A DNA stretch of 64,000 bases, taken from contig CAWEDO010000001.1 of the NCBI GenBank assembly GCA_963807915.1, positions 205,561 to 269,560 on the forward strand, given 5' to 3'. Of this stretch, positions 37,863-46,991 are shown piece by piece (the stretch's first letter is position 1; each line of letters starts with the position of its first letter). Under the pieces are notes generated by a model. It searched no databases and was not told the origin of the DNA. It was given only the letters and a program-made list of their open reading frames with translations. The position numbers and the translations under genes are program-made. Origin of the DNA: an uncultured Chloroflexia bacterium. GTDB lineage: Bacteria > Chloroflexota > Limnocylindria > QHBO01.

Positions 37863-38282
37863 ATGGCCTCCACCGACTCACCCCTGGCCGCCGCGCTCGA
37901 GCGGGTGGGGGACCGATGGAGCCTCCTGCTGGTCGAGGCGCTGCTGCCCGGTCCGCGTCGCTTCGGCGAGCTGGAGGAGGCCGTCAGCGGGATCGCGCCG
38001 AACATCCTGGCCGACCGCCTGCGGCGGCTCGAGTCGGAGCGGATCGTCTCCGCCACGCCGTATTCGGAGCGACCGCCGCGCTTCGCCTATGCCCTCACCG
38101 ACGAGGGTGCGGAGCTCGCCGGCGCCCTGCGCCTCCTCGCCGACTGGGGCTCCCGAGTCTCCCGCGAATCGGAGCCGCTGCGCCACGCCAGCTGTGGCAC
38201 GCCGGTCGAGGCGCGCTGGTACTGCCCAACCTGTGATCGGCCGGTCGAGGGGAAGGAAGCGGAGCAGGTCCGCCGGGTCTAG
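37863..38282 (+). CDS. HxlR-family winged-helix regulator with C-terminal HxxC...CxxC
   Basis: VGDRWSLL, RRFGEL, GIAPNILADRLRRL, YALTDEG, HASCG...CPTC. Confidence 0.88.
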   Translation: MASTDSPLAAALERVGDRWSLLLVEALLPGPRRFGELEEAVSGIAPNILADRLRRLESERIVSATPYSERPPRFAYALTDEGAELAGALRLLADWGSRVSRESEPLRHASCGTPVEARWYCPTCDRPVEGKEAEQVRRV

Positions 38283-38365
38283 CCTCCTTGTCGTCGTCGG
38301 CTCCAGCGTCTACCCTGACCCGCCTCGACATGCAGCTGCCGATGCCCAGGCAGTCAGGAGGTCCC

Positions 38366-39731
38366 GTGCCGCGAAGCCTTCCCCGTCGATCCTCATTCCT
38401 GCTCGCCGCCGCGCTGGCCACTGCCGTGGCAGGAGCCTCCTCGGTCGCGGCCGTTCCACCGGTACCCACCTTCACCAGCGCGGCACAGATCGGGTTCGCA
38501 GGAGGAGACGACTGGGAGCCGTCGATCGCGGCGGACACCCTCGGGCATGTGTACCTCCTGTGGACCCACTACGTGGACTACGCCGGCGGCGGTGCCGGCG
38601 ACATCGACCCGTCCTGTCCGACCTGCCCCAGCCCGCACATGGTGCTGCGCGTCTCGTCGGACGGCGGCGCGACCTTTGGCCCGCTGCGCGCCCTGGCGCC
38701 CTCTGATGCGCGGCAGGACGATCCCCAGATCGTGGTTGACGCCGGAGATGGCCGCACGGTGTATGCAGCCTTCATGCAGGGGGACAAATCGAGCCTGTAC
38801 GTCGCCCGATCGGATGACTTCGGCGTGACCTTCACGCCGGTCCTGGTCGAAGACTTGCAGCGCGGGACTGACAAGATCGCCCTCGCCGCGCGCAACGGGC
38901 ACGTCTACCTCGTGTTCCATACGCAACAGAAGATCTTTGCCTCGATCTCCGACGACCGCGGCGCCAGCTGGAGAACGGTGCAGCCGGTGAACAACACGAA
39001 CAGCACCCTCGGCGTGTCGCTCCCATCCGGCGCGGCGATCGATTCGCATGGGAATGCCTATTTCGCATGGAACGGGGTCAATCGGCCCGGGCAGGCGAAG
39101 GGCAGCGAAGAACCTCTACATCACGAAGACTGCGAACGGTGGCGTCACGTGGACGACGTCCGTGATTGACGTCTCTCAGAAAGCCCCCTCGTGCGATTGC
39201 CCGGGCTGGGACTACTGGGGCAGCCAGATGGCTCTCGGCATCGGAGCCGACGACCGGCTGTACGTCCTCTGGCACGCCAACCGGACTGCGTCTGAGCCGC
39301 AACGCATGTACTTCGCGCAGTCCGCTGACGGAGGGACGCACTGGTCATCGGCGGTGGACGTCTCCACAGCCGTGTCGGGCACGAATCATGCCTTCCCGGC
39401 CATCGTCGCCGGTGCCGCCGGTGACGTGCGGATCGCATGGATGGACGACCGGAACGGCCCTGACGCCGGAGGGGATGATCCCAACGCACGCTGGAACCCC
39501 TACTACCGATCCTCGACCGATGGTGGCGCCACGTGGTCGGCCGAAGTTCGTCTGTCAGCCTTCGTGGGTGGGTACTCGTACAAGTTCGCCACCCCATTGC
39601 CGGGTTTCCTGCAGCCGTATGGCGACTACTTCGAGCTCGACATCAACGCGACCGGGAAGACGGTCGCCATCTGGGGTGAGGGCAACAGCTACGTCGGCCC
39701 AGGCAACGTCTGGTACGCCCTCCAGCAATAG
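38366..39731 (+). CDS. Secreted BNR/Asp-box (sialidase-like) beta-propeller protein; +1 frameshift near 39107
   Basis: AGGAGG SD plus GTG; signal peptide; repeats SSDGGATF, SDDFGVTF, SDDRGASW, TANGGVTW, SADGGTHW, STDGGATW across two frames. Confidence 0.8.
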
Positions 39732-39743
39732 GTTTGCCGCAGC

Positions 39744-40128
39744 CTAGACCGGCTCCATCCGCTCGACCCATTGAGAGCGCCAGGCAGGCGCCTCGAACGG
39801 GCTGGCGAAGTAGTCGGTCTGCTTGACGATCTTCCCGTCGCGGAACTCGACGATGCTCGTCATGTAAGAGGTGTCGGCTCCGTACTGGCCGACGGCCTCG
39901 ACGACGAACAGGTCGCCGGAGCCGCTGACGCGACGCAGCTCGTAGCTCGGCGAGCCGCCCGGATAGTTCTTGTAGACGAGCGTGCATGACTGTCTGCCGA
40001 CGATCCGTTCCCCGGACTGCGGCCATTCGACGACTGCGTCGTCGGCCATCGCCTCGGTTGCCCCGTCGAAGTCATTGGCGAACAGCGCCGCGATCGCGCG
40101 CTCGAGCGTCGCCCGGTTCTCGTTCCAT
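39744..40128 (-). CDS. SnoaL-like/NTF2 family protein; +1 frameshift just after the start
   Basis: DDAVVEWPQSGERIVGR, KQTDYFASPFEAPAWR; the frame extends upstream to ENRATLERA; SD-preceded ATG at 40128 is one base out of frame. Confidence 0.75.
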
Positions 40129-40197
40129 GACCCTTCCTCCAGCGTTCGGTGAACGGAGCCACGCTAGGGGCCACCGGCCGATCTGTCGACCATCGTC

Positions 40198-40227
40198 TTG
40201 ACAGGTGACTACTCGGTCACATATAGT
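40198..40227 (+). promoter_or_regulatory. Sigma70-type promoter with embedded palindromic operator
   Basis: TTGACA (40198) - 18 nt - TATAGT (40222); GTGAC-N6-GTCAC at 40205-40220; ATG 7 nt after the -10. Confidence 0.75.
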
Positions 40228-40234
40228 CCCGCCG

Positions 40235-41008
40235 ATGGACGAGGAGATCTTCCGGGCACTGGCCGATCCGAGCCGGCGCGCCCTGCTCGACGCGCTTCGC
40301 GAGCGTGACGGCCAGGCGCTCTCCGAGCTGGAGACGGCGCTGCCGGGGATGACCCGCTTCGGCGTCATGAAGCACCTCCGGGTGCTCGCCGACGCCAGCC
40401 TCATCACCACCCGCCGGGACGGGCGCCGGAAGCTCCACTACCTCAACGCCGTCCCGATCCGTCTCATCTACGACCGCTGGGTGAGCAAGTACACCGAGCC
40501 GTGGGCGGCGGCGCTCACCGGCCTGAAGCGAACGCTGGAGGAACCCATGGAGAAGGTCTACGAGATCTACATCAAGACGACCCCCGAGCGCCTGTGGCAG
40601 GCGATCACCGACCCGGAGCAGCGCGCCAAGTACAACTTCGGCTCGCGCCAGACCTCCGACTGGACCCCCGGCTCCCGATACGAGGCTGGTCACCCGGCCT
40701 CCGCAACGCTCCTGGGCGAGGGCGAGAACCTGGAGGTCGACCCGCCGCGGCGCCTGGTGCAGACGATGCGAGCCCTCTGGAGCGACGAAGCCAAGGCGGA
40801 GGGCTTCTCCCGGGTCACCTGGGAGATCGAGCCGGTCGGCGATTCGTGCCGTCTGGTCGTGACCCACGACCAGCTGCGCGAGGGCGCGCTCGAGGAGCTG
40901 TACGGCGGCTGGCCGATGATCCTCTCCGGCCTGAAGACATGGCTGGAGACGGGCGAGCTGCTCACCACCCCCGGCTCGCTGATGTACGCGCAGGGAGCAA
41001 CCGAATGA
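40235..41008 (+). CDS. ArsR/SmtB HTH fused to an SRPBCC (AHSA1-like) domain
   Basis: FRALADPSRRALLD, MKHLRVL, YEIYIKTTPERLWQAITDP, GGWPMILSGLKTWLETG. Confidence 0.9.
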   Translation: MDEEIFRALADPSRRALLDALRERDGQALSELETALPGMTRFGVMKHLRVLADASLITTRRDGRRKLHYLNAVPIRLIYDRWVSKYTEPWAAALTGLKRTLEEPMEKVYEIYIKTTPERLWQAITDPEQRAKYNFGSRQTSDWTPGSRYEAGHPASATLLGEGENLEVDPPRRLVQTMRALWSDEAKAEGFSRVTWEIEPVGDSCRLVVTHDQLREGALEELYGGWPMILSGLKTWLETGELLTTPGSLMYAQGATE

Positions 41009-41379
41009 GCGAAGCCACGACCCACATCATCGGGGTACGCACCGTGGGCATCCCCGTCAGCGACCAGGATCGAGCGCTGGCCTTCTACACCGGCACGCTC
41101 GGCCTCCAGAAGCGGCTCGACGTCCCGTTCGGCGACGGGCGATGGGTGGAGGTGGCGCCGGCCGACGCGGCCACATCGGTCGCGCTTGTGCAAGCGCATG
41201 CAGGCGATGCGATCGGGGTCGAGACCGGCGTCCGCTTCGCGAGTCGGGACGTTCCGGCGGACCACGCGGAGCTGCGGGCACACGGGGTCGATGTCGATGA
41301 GCTCCTTTCCGTACCCGTGGCGATGTTCGTGTTCCGCGACCCCGACGGGAACCGGCTCGAGATCGTGGAGGGAGGCTGA
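41005..41379 (+). CDS. VOC/glyoxalase family protein
   Basis: IPVSDQDRALAFY, RWVEV, FRDPDGNRLEI. Confidence 0.88.
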   Translation: MSEATTHIIGVRTVGIPVSDQDRALAFYTGTLGLQKRLDVPFGDGRWVEVAPADAATSVALVQAHAGDAIGVETGVRFASRDVPADHAELRAHGVDVDELLSVPVAMFVFRDPDGNRLEIVEGG

Positions 41380-41381
41380 GG

Positions 41382-41538
41382 ATGCCCGACGATTGGATCC
41401 AGTCCGCACCGGCTGACGATGCTCCACACCGGCCGTGGCCCCGCCACCATGGAGTACACCGCAGGTGGCTGGAACACCATCCTGGGCGGGCTCAAGCAGC
41501 TGCTGGAGACTGGCTCGGTCGTCGGCGCCGCGATGTAG
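41382..41538 (+). pseudogene. Internally deleted SRPBCC gene remnant
   Basis: SD plus MPDDWIQS joined out of frame to RLTMLHTG...GGWNTILGGLKQLLETG*, an SRPBCC C-terminus paralogous to the upstream gene. Confidence 0.65.
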
Positions 41539-41547
41539 CGGCGTCGG

Positions 41548-42039
41548 CTAGAACGGCTTGACCACCATCAGCCACAGGATCACGAGCAGGCCGATCCCGC
41601 CGACCGCCGCGAGCTCCAAGGCCCGCGGTGAGTCGAGCGCGGCGGCCAGGGCCGCCGGATCGGCCTCGGGAATCGGCGCCTCCTTCTTGTCGTAGAAGCC
41701 CGCCGTGCCGAGGGCGTGCCGGATCGCGTCGTGGTGCTGCACGCCGCGGATGCTCATGAAGATGAACAGGAAGACGAGCACGCCGATCGAGACCCAGATC
41801 CAGAGGTGGCCCCAGTAGTCGCCCACGAACCCCGCCGCGATGCCCGAGGCCAGCAGGACGAGGATGGCGAGGTCCGAGATCGGGAGGCTGACCTTCGACA
41901 GGTCGAGCAGCGCGTTGACGCGGGCGAGGTCGCGCTCGCCGCGCAGCTTGATGGTCGTGAAGGCCGAGACTCCGTGTGCCAGCGCGAACGTGAACCCGGC
42001 CACGACATGCAGGAGGACGAGCCAGGGATGCCAGTTCAT
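41548..42039 (-). CDS. DUF2269-like 4-TM membrane protein
   Basis: LVLLHVVAG, SGIAAGF..WGHLWIWVSI, WLMVVKPF terminus. Confidence 0.7.
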   Translation of the reverse strand: MNWHPWLVLLHVVAGFTFALAHGVSAFTTIKLRGERDLARVNALLDLSKVSLPISDLAILVLLASGIAAGFVGDYWGHLWIWVSIGVLVFLFIFMSIRGVQHHDAIRHALGTAGFYDKKEAPIPEADPAALAAALDSPRALELAAVGGIGLLVILWLMVVKPF

Positions 42040-42046
42040 CGGTCGC

Positions 42047-42436
42047 TCAGGCCGCGACCGGTTCGGACTCCCGAACCAGCCGCCAGGCCTGGAGGGCAAT
42101 GGTCGCGCCGAGCCAGAAGAGAACGACTGCGAGGACCGGATGGAGGGCAGCGGCCCACGGCAGGTCGGCGCGCAGCATTGGAAGGAGCGGCTGAATCGCC
42201 TGGACCACGAACAGCGCACCCGTCCACAGCAGCAGGCGCTGGCCGACCCTGGCGACGGCAGCGGTGAGGATCAGGGGAATCGGCGTCAGGTGGATGAGAT
42301 AGCCGACCGACCTGTGTGTCTCGAAGTCACGATCCGCTCCGAAGAGGGCGATCCCGGCCAGGAAGACCTGGAACAGGATGGCGGCCAGGTAGAGACCGAT
42401 CAGGGCAAGGAACAGCCAGCGAGCGCCGGACACCAT
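42047..42436 (-). CDS. Small 4-TM membrane protein (DUF6220-like)
   Basis: QVFLAG...F..H, AALHPV; two His in TM segments. Confidence 0.65.
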   Translation of the reverse strand: MVSGARWLFLALIGLYLAAILFQVFLAGIALFGADRDFETHRSVGYLIHLTPIPLILTAAVARVGQRLLLWTGALFVVQAIQPLLPMLRADLPWAAALHPVLAVVLFWLGATIALQAWRLVRESEPVAA

Positions 42437-42501
42437 CGTGAGTCACCCTCCAAGCACAAACGACCGGGGTCCCGGAAACGTCGGCAGATAATACTGTCCG
42501 C

Positions 42502-42954
42502 ATGTCCGGCTCGATAGCCCTTCCCGAACCATGGGCGAGCGTCCGCCAGCTGCTCCGCGCGCGTGGATTGCGCTGGACGCCGCAGCGGCGCGCCGTGGTC
42601 GAGGCGCTGGCCGGCAGCGACGGCCACATCACCGGGGCGGAGCTGCTCGAACGGTGCCGAGCGATCGATCCGGCGACCATTCCCTCGACGGTGTACCGCA
42701 CCCTGGACGTGCTGGAGGAGCTCGGGCTCGTGCAGCACGGCCACGGGGCCGATGGTCGCGAGGAGTTCCACGTGGGCCCCGACGCGCTCCACGGGCACCT
42801 GCACTGCGCGACCTGCGGCGGCCGATGGGAGATCCGCGCCGACGCGGGGCGGGCGATCATCGAGGGGCTGCGCGCCTCGGACGGCTTCGAGGTGGACCTC
42901 ACCCACGTGACGGTGGTGGGTCGCTGCGCCGACTGTGCGGCCGCGGCCAGATGA
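42502..42954 (+). CDS. Fur-family metalloregulator
   Basis: RWTPQRRAV, STVYRTLDVL, HLHCATCG, GRCADC. Confidence 0.9.
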   Translation: MSGSIALPEPWASVRQLLRARGLRWTPQRRAVVEALAGSDGHITGAELLERCRAIDPATIPSTVYRTLDVLEELGLVQHGHGADGREEFHVGPDALHGHLHCATCGGRWEIRADAGRAIIEGLRASDGFEVDLTHVTVVGRCADCAAAAR

Positions 42955-43874
42955 CGGCGACCTCCTTCCTCGGCGTCCCGCAGATCGGGCTCGACGGGCT
43001 CGCGTCGGCCAACGCCGACGTCGCCATCCTCGGCATCCCGTTTGGCGTCCCGTATCCGTCTCCAGGGCTGACCGCCGGCTGTGCCGATGCCCCCCAGGCG
43101 ATCCGGGCACGCTCGCAACGCGTTGCCCCCTTCGCCGACAACCACGACTTCGACCTCGGTGCGCCGATGCTGGTCGGATCGCCACGGCTGACGATCATCG
43201 ACGCCGGGGACGTGGAGGGGACCGCGGAGGACGGCGCGGGCAACGCCGCGCGCGCCGAGTCCGCGGTTCGGGCGGTGCGGACCGCCGGCTGCGTCCCGGT
43301 GGTGCTGGGTGGTGACGACTCGGTCCCGATACCTGTCCTGCGCGCCTATGCGGGGGAAGGTCCGCTGACCGTCGTGCAGCTCGATGCCCACCTCGACTTT
43401 CGCGACGAGGTCAGCGGGGTACGGGACGGCTATTCGTCGACGATGCGCCGCGCCGCCGAGATGGATCACGTCAAACGCGGCTTCCAGGTCGGGTTGCGTG
43501 GCGTGGGGAGTGCCGGGACCACCGATGTCGCCGACGCGCAGGCGGCGGGGAACCAGCTGGTGACTGCCCGCGAGCTGCGCGAGCGAGGCGTCCCGTGGCT
43601 GTTGAACGAGCTGCCTCCCGGAGCCGCCGTCTTCCTCGTCGTCGACCTCGACGGGATCGACCCGTCGCTGGCTCCCGCGGTGAGCGGCGTCTCGCCGGGG
43701 GGCCTCTCCTACGAAGAGGCGGGTGACCTGGTGGGTGGCGTGGCCGAGCGCTGCCGCGTCGTGGGGGCCGCGTTCACGGAGCTGGTGCCGGCGATCGACG
43801 TCAACGGGCTGTCGGCCCTGGTGGTGGTGCGCCTCGTGATGCGACTGCTGGCCGGGATCGACCGGAGCCGCTGA
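42951..43874 (+). CDS. Arginase/agmatinase-family ureohydrolase
   Basis: GGDDS (variant of GGDH), DAHLD, QVGLRG, DLDGIDP...PGG; ATGA overlap with fur. Confidence 0.85.
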   Translation: MTATSFLGVPQIGLDGLASANADVAILGIPFGVPYPSPGLTAGCADAPQAIRARSQRVAPFADNHDFDLGAPMLVGSPRLTIIDAGDVEGTAEDGAGNAARAESAVRAVRTAGCVPVVLGGDDSVPIPVLRAYAGEGPLTVVQLDAHLDFRDEVSGVRDGYSSTMRRAAEMDHVKRGFQVGLRGVGSAGTTDVADAQAAGNQLVTARELRERGVPWLLNELPPGAAVFLVVDLDGIDPSLAPAVSGVSPGGLSYEEAGDLVGGVAERCRVVGAAFTELVPAIDVNGLSALVVVRLVMRLLAGIDRSR

Positions 43875-43955
43875 GCGCGAGTCGCCACGATTCGCTAACG
43901 AGCCTTATCCGCCGTCGCGCCGGGATCGCAACACCGCGGCCCTACGCTCCGGGTC

Positions 43956-44229
43956 ATGAGCCAATCTCGCAACGCCGGCGCCGACGCAGCGCGCAAGGCC
44001 GCGCTCGAGTGGCGGATTGCCCGCCTGAAGGTCGCCGTCTGGGCCGGCGTGGCCGGTGCCTGGCTGGCGCTGTGGGCCGTGGTCAGCGGAGCCGTTGCCG
44101 GCACGACCCCGGCAGCCTCGATCCCTGCCGCGAGCACACCTGCAGAACCAGGCAACGGACCTCTTCGGCGCGGGCTCGACGCTCGGCGTTGGCTCCGGCA
44201 CGCCGGTCCTGCGTTCGCATGGCTCCTGA
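43956..44229 (+). CDS. Small membrane-anchored Ala/Ser/Thr/Gly-rich protein; probable +1 frameshift near 44143
   Basis: TM helix then PAAS linker; the alternative frame gives QNQATDLFGAGSTLGVGSGTPVLRSHGS*, overlapping the apbE start. Confidence 0.55.
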
Positions 44230-45139
44230 CGCCCTGATCGCCGCCCGGTCGGGGGAGCTAGTCGAGCACCGGTTTCGGTCGATGGGCTGCGACATCACGG
44301 TCCTGGCGCCGGCCGACTGCCACGATGCAGGGGCACGCGCGCGCCTGGTGATGGACGCCTGGGACGCGCGGTTCAGCCGCTTCCTCCCCGATTCGGAGCT
44401 CGAGCGCCTGAACGAGGCGGGCGGCAAGCCGTTCGAGGCGAGCCAGCAGATGGTCAACGTCCTCGAGGCCGCGCTGCGTGCGGCGCGAGCCACCGACGGA
44501 ATGTTCGATCCGCTGCTCGGCGGTCGGATGCGCGAGCTCGGCTACGACCGCACCTTTGCGGAACTGCCCCCCGACCGTTCGCGGCTGCCGCTCGCCGCGT
44601 GGCGCAGCGGGGCGTGGCGCGAGATCGTGGTGGAGCGGGCAAGGGGCGTCGTCCGGCTGCCTGTCGGGCTCCGGCTCGATCTCGGCGGCATCGCGAAGGG
44701 GATGGCCGTCGATGCCGCCCTGGATGCGCTCGTCTCGGCGGGCCAGCCCTGCGCCGCCGTCAATGCGGGCGGCGACCTGGCGGTGTTCGGGCTTCCCCCG
44801 GGAGCGGATGCCTGGACCGTTGCGATCGACGGTCCGCGCGAGATGGTGGTCGCCGTGCGTGAAGGAGCCCTGGCGACGTCATCGGTCCTGCGGCGGCGCT
44901 GGCGGGTCGAGGGCGTGGAGCGGCATCACCTGCTCGATCCGCGGACCGGGATGCCGGCGGCTGGGCCGATCGTGCAGGCCTCGGTCGCCGCGGCGACCTG
45001 TGCCCAGGCGGAGGTCGCGGCCAAGCTGGCGATCCTCTCCGACCTCCCCGGGGCGATCGGCCGCCTCGAGGGCAGCCGGCTGGCGGCACTGCTCATCACC
45101 GCCGAGGGCGAGGCCTGGCGCGTGGGGAGCTGGCAATGA
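44219..45139 (+). CDS. apbE: FAD:protein FMN transferase
   Basis: FRSMGC, FSRFLPDSELERLN, TDGMFDP, LDLGGIAKG.AVD, NAGGDL, ATSS, HHLLDPRTG. Confidence 0.9.
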   Translation: MAPDALIAARSGELVEHRFRSMGCDITVLAPADCHDAGARARLVMDAWDARFSRFLPDSELERLNEAGGKPFEASQQMVNVLEAALRAARATDGMFDPLLGGRMRELGYDRTFAELPPDRSRLPLAAWRSGAWREIVVERARGVVRLPVGLRLDLGGIAKGMAVDAALDALVSAGQPCAAVNAGGDLAVFGLPPGADAWTVAIDGPREMVVAVREGALATSSVLRRRWRVEGVERHHLLDPRTGMPAAGPIVQASVAAATCAQAEVAAKLAILSDLPGAIGRLEGSRLAALLITAEGEAWRVGSWQ

Positions 45140-46134
45140 GTATCGACCACACCCTGTCATGGGAGGTGGCGCGCGTCGGCGGCCTCCTGGCCTATGCCCT
45201 GGCGACCGCATCCGTCGTGCTGGGGCTCCTCCTCTCGCTGAAGGCCCACTCGACCCGATGGCCCCGTTTCATCACGAACGAGCTCCACCGACACCTGAGC
45301 CTGCTGATGCTGGTGTTCATCGGGCTCCACACCGCGGCCGTGTGGGTGGACCCGTTCACCGGCTTCAACCCCGCCGAAGTGTTCCTGCCGATGGCGTCGC
45401 ACTACCGACCGCTGTGGATCGCCTTCGGCATCGTGGCGGGCTACCTGGCCGTCGCGGTATGGCTCTCCGAGCACGTGCGCCGTCACGTGGGCTACGCCTG
45501 GTGGCACCGCTTCCACATGCTCACCTTCGTCGTCTTCCTGCTCGGCGCCGTGCACGGGCTGGGAACCGGGAGCGACTCGACGGCCCCCTGGGCGGTGGCG
45601 CTGTACGGCGGGTCGGTCCTCATCGTGGCGGCACTCGTGCTGGTCCGAGTCGGGCGCGGCCTCACCCGGCGCCCGGGCTGGGCCATGGCCGGCATCGTGG
45701 CGGCACTCGTGGTCGCGATCGCCTTCTTCGCCGTCCGCGGACCGCTCTATCCCGGATGGAACGCCGTCGCCAACAACGGCCGCGGCAACGGCGCGTCCGC
45801 CAGCTGGCTGGCGGCGCACCCGGTGACGACCGGTCCGCCGCAGGAGTTCGCCACCGACCTTCGGCTCACGCTCATCCGCGAAGACCTGCTGGATGCCCGC
45901 TTCGACGGCGGCAGGCCCGGTGAGCTGCAGCTGCTCCTGCGCCGGTCGGCCTCATTGCTGGCGATCCTGTTTGCGGACGGCTGGTCCTGCCGCGGCGACC
46001 TCACGATCACCGGCGAGGAGGTCATCGCCTCGCGCTGCGTGGGCGCCGATGGCGTCGCGCTGGGCGTGCAGCTCACCGGGCTGGAGGAGTCGGACGAGGA
46101 GCTGATCGGCCACCTGCAGGTGACCCGCAGCTGA
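45136..46134 (+). CDS. Ferric-reductase-like (MsrQ-type) heme-b membrane protein with C-terminal extension
   Basis: LHRHLS, GLHT, WHRFH, VHGL His pattern; 6-7 TM plus about 110-aa tail with two Cys. Confidence 0.82.
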   Translation: MSIDHTLSWEVARVGGLLAYALATASVVLGLLLSLKAHSTRWPRFITNELHRHLSLLMLVFIGLHTAAVWVDPFTGFNPAEVFLPMASHYRPLWIAFGIVAGYLAVAVWLSEHVRRHVGYAWWHRFHMLTFVVFLLGAVHGLGTGSDSTAPWAVALYGGSVLIVAALVLVRVGRGLTRRPGWAMAGIVAALVVAIAFFAVRGPLYPGWNAVANNGRGNGASASWLAAHPVTTGPPQEFATDLRLTLIREDLLDARFDGGRPGELQLLLRRSASLLAILFADGWSCRGDLTITGEEVIASRCVGADGVALGVQLTGLEESDEELIGHLQVTRS

Positions 46135-46157
46135 GCTTCGTCGGGCGCCGGTCTGGG

Positions 46158-46991
46158 CTACCGCACGTCCAGGGTCGCGTTGGCGCGGGCGGAGCGCTCC
46201 AGGTACACGAACAGGGCGAAGGCGGCGACCGCGTAGGCCAAGCCGATGAGCGCCTCGATCCCGATCAGGCCCCCGACCTGCGCGAATCCGGCCCCATCGG
46301 CCGCTTGGCGGACCGCCTCCAGGCCGTGCGTGAACGGCAGCAGGTTGCCGATCACCTGCATCCAGCCCGGCAGCTCGTGCATCGGGATGTTGACGCCGCA
46401 GAAGAGGAGGATCGACATCGTCACCAGGTTCGCGCCGAAGAGGCCGTCGCGCAGGCGAAGCGAGATCGCCCCCTGCAGGGCGCCGATGGCGGTGCAGGCG
46501 AAGACGGTGACAAGCAGCGCCAGGCCGGCCACCGCCAGTGATCCCGGCGCGAGGCGCACGCCCAGGAAGACAACCCCCAGCGCGAACGCATAGAGCGAGA
46601 CGAGCAGTCCGTTCAGCACGAACGGCATGAAGCGGCCCGCGAAGAGCGCCACCCGGTTGGCCGGCGTGGCGAGGATCGCCGGCAGCGTCCCGAACCAGCG
46701 CTCGTTGGCGATCGCCATCGTCATCCCGAAGACGCCGGCGATGGCCGAGACCTGCACCGCGTTGCCGATCGCGAAGTAGGCGGGCGACCGGTTCGTGGCA
46801 TACGAGCCCAGGGCGGCGAAGAAGAGCAGCTGGAAGGTTGGGCCGCCGATGAGGGTGGGGATGTAGATGGACGGGCGGGCCCAGTTGAAGAGCATCCCGT
46901 AGCTCATCCGGCCCCCGTACCAGAAGACGCGCCAGGCCGATCGCAGTCGTTCGGGCGCGATCCGCGTGATCGGTGTCGAGAGGGCCGTCAC
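46158..46991 (-). CDS. ABC-2 type transporter permease
   Basis: ERWFGTLPAILATP, LPFTHGLEAVR; GTG start overlapping the upstream stop. Confidence 0.85.
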   Translation of the reverse strand: MTALSTPITRIAPERLRSAWRVFWYGGRMSYGMLFNWARPSIYIPTLIGGPTFQLLFFAALGSYATNRSPAYFAIGNAVQVSAIAGVFGMTMAIANERWFGTLPAILATPANRVALFAGRFMPFVLNGLLVSLYAFALGVVFLGVRLAPGSLAVAGLALLVTVFACTAIGALQGAISLRLRDGLFGANLVTMSILLFCGVNIPMHELPGWMQVIGNLLPFTHGLEAVRQAADGAGFAQVGGLIGIEALIGLAYAVAAFALFVYLERSARANATLDVR

